The notes under the pieces were generated by a model. The model was not told the origin of the DNA. It did no database searches and was given only the letters and a program-made list of their open reading frames with translations. A stretch of 62,289 nucleotides of DNA, the filler included, from Globobulimina sp. (Eukaryota): assembly GCA_003354225.1 (NCBI GenBank). It is 17 parts of 17 records of this genome, joined end to end, with 100 filler letters (N's around TTAATTAATTAA, not from the genome) between each part and the next. Parts side by side here need not be neighbours in the genome. Positions count along the whole stretch, not along the records: positions 58,724 to 62,289 come from PIVH01002491.1; 16 more parts are not named here. One strand, 5' to 3'. The translations under genes were made by a program, and so were the position numbers. Below, piece after piece: positions 60,770-62,289 of the stretch (position 1 is the stretch's first letter; the number at the start of each line of letters is the position of its first letter).

Positions 60770-62089
60770 CTATTCGTGTTTCATTACATCCAGGATACAT
60801 TTCAAGGATTTCTTCATCTTTATCAAAATAATTTGAATTAAATAATAATGGTTTCTTAATAGAATATGGAGGATTGGTATCATGAACATATAAACATTTA
60901 TTATATGCATTAGATCCCCATAAATAATATTTGTTATCTGCTGTTTTAACAATATTATGATTTGAACCACATTTACTATCAATAATTGTTTCCTTTTTTA
61001 ATGTTTCATTTGGTTGTGGTAAATATACAGTTTCTTTTGAACCATTGCCACATTGATACTCATCATTCTTTCCAAAACAATATATCTTATTTATTTATTA
61101 AAATGTATTTGCAAAAGCAAATAAACACAACACAAAAAGATCAAAACTTTCTTATTTAATGATAATAATATATTATGTGCTTCACCACAACATATTTTAC
61201 CAATTTTAATATTGTTTTGAATAAAATATTGTATTCTTGTTGGCAAATATCTATTATTACCATCTCCATGGCCTAAACTACCATAATAACCATATCCCCA
61301 TGACCAGACACCATAATTACTATCAATTGCTAAGGTATGCCAACATCCACAACATATATCCTTAAATTTTATTTTTATTTGAATTTCTTGAATATTTTGT
61401 GATGGTTCAATATCTTTACCTAATCCTAAACCACCATCACCTTCATCATCACCAGCAACATATATTTTACCATTTGTACTTAAAAATGTTGTATAATACC
61501 TTGCTGTGGCTACTTTTTGAATCGATAATGATGTATTAATTAGTGTCCATTTATTATTATTTTCTTCATTGGTTTTTATACCAAATTGATTATAAGAATT
61601 CCGTCCGACAGCATATAATTTATTCTCATTTGAAATACAAAATGAATGAGATGATCGATTTGGTGCTGCAAATATATTTTTTATTTTCATATCTTTTATT
61701 TGATTCCACGTTTGATTCCATAGATTAATATTATTATAATGTCCAACACCTAATACACCTCTTTCATTATAACCGCAACATTCATATGTTCCATCATCAA
61801 ATAAAATGTATGCTGACACACCACCATAAACACCACCACCACAAGTAAAAATATTTTTTATTTCTTTTTCTAATGTTTTTATTTTTGTTATTTTTCTAAT
61901 ATGTTCATTTCCTCCATTCCCTTGTTGTCCATATCCGTTGCTACCAATAGAATATAATAGCAACAAAATATAATAATGGAATGCATGAATGATACTAATA
62001 ATATCTGTATGGATGTATGGAGTGCTACAGTTTCTAACGTATCCACCTACTAATAATTGGGACCGTCTTTTCCTGACAGCATTGTTCAT
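60770..62089 (-). CDS. RCC1-repeat protein, multi-exon; 3' end uncertain
   Basis: GSNGYGQQG, GYNERGVLG, GRNSYNQFG, CCGCWHTL, WSWGYGYYGSLGHG, CCGEAHN. Confidence 0.9.
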
Positions 62090-62289
62090 TTTCTGTGAAC
62101 GTTTTCGGTTTGTTTTTTACACAAATTTATTAAACTACTTATAAGTTCGCATAAATGTCACGTGGCTCAATATTTATTGGTAGTGTGATATTGGGCATTA
62201 TTGAGTGTATGATTGAATGTAGACGAATGCAGGGGAATATATTTAAGTATCATGAGTTTTATGAGGAGTTCGAGAAGCAATATAAGAAT

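Noticed and set aside
1-62289. Genome-wide TGA reassignment to Trp
   Set aside because: Several intact genes (carbamate kinase, RasGEF, Alba, recombinase) end at TGA and use TGG for Trp; two internal TGAs are not enough evidence.

Overview
This window is not one locus. It is 17 unrelated contigs of about 3.57 kb, sorted by decreasing length (3574 down to 3566 bp) and joined by 100-bp artificial linkers (N44-TTAATTAATTAA-N44). Most contigs are AT-rich, gene-dense eukaryotic DNA with short GT-AG introns. The gene content and style suggest a foraminiferan or related rhizarian (inference only). Recognisable genes include legumain, myosin, RasGEF, Alba, RCC1, SET, MYND, Kelch, sulfotransferases, an NRT2 nitrate transporter and carbamate kinase. 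Highlights: (1) contig 55058-58623 looks foreign and virus- or transposon-like, with a palindromic tandem array, a CCAAT/TGAATCA module in direct and inverted copies and two intronless zinc-finger genes; (2) an intronless tyrosine recombinase of DIRS/Crypton style; (3) a ~90-bp hairpin/MITE-like element in three copies on two contigs; (4) a carbamate kinase with a mitochondrial-type presequence next to a truncated NRT2; (5) a recurring 'LVxGY[IV]R...DI' peptide motif in four unrelated proteins. All family calls come from motif recognition by eye; no searches were run.
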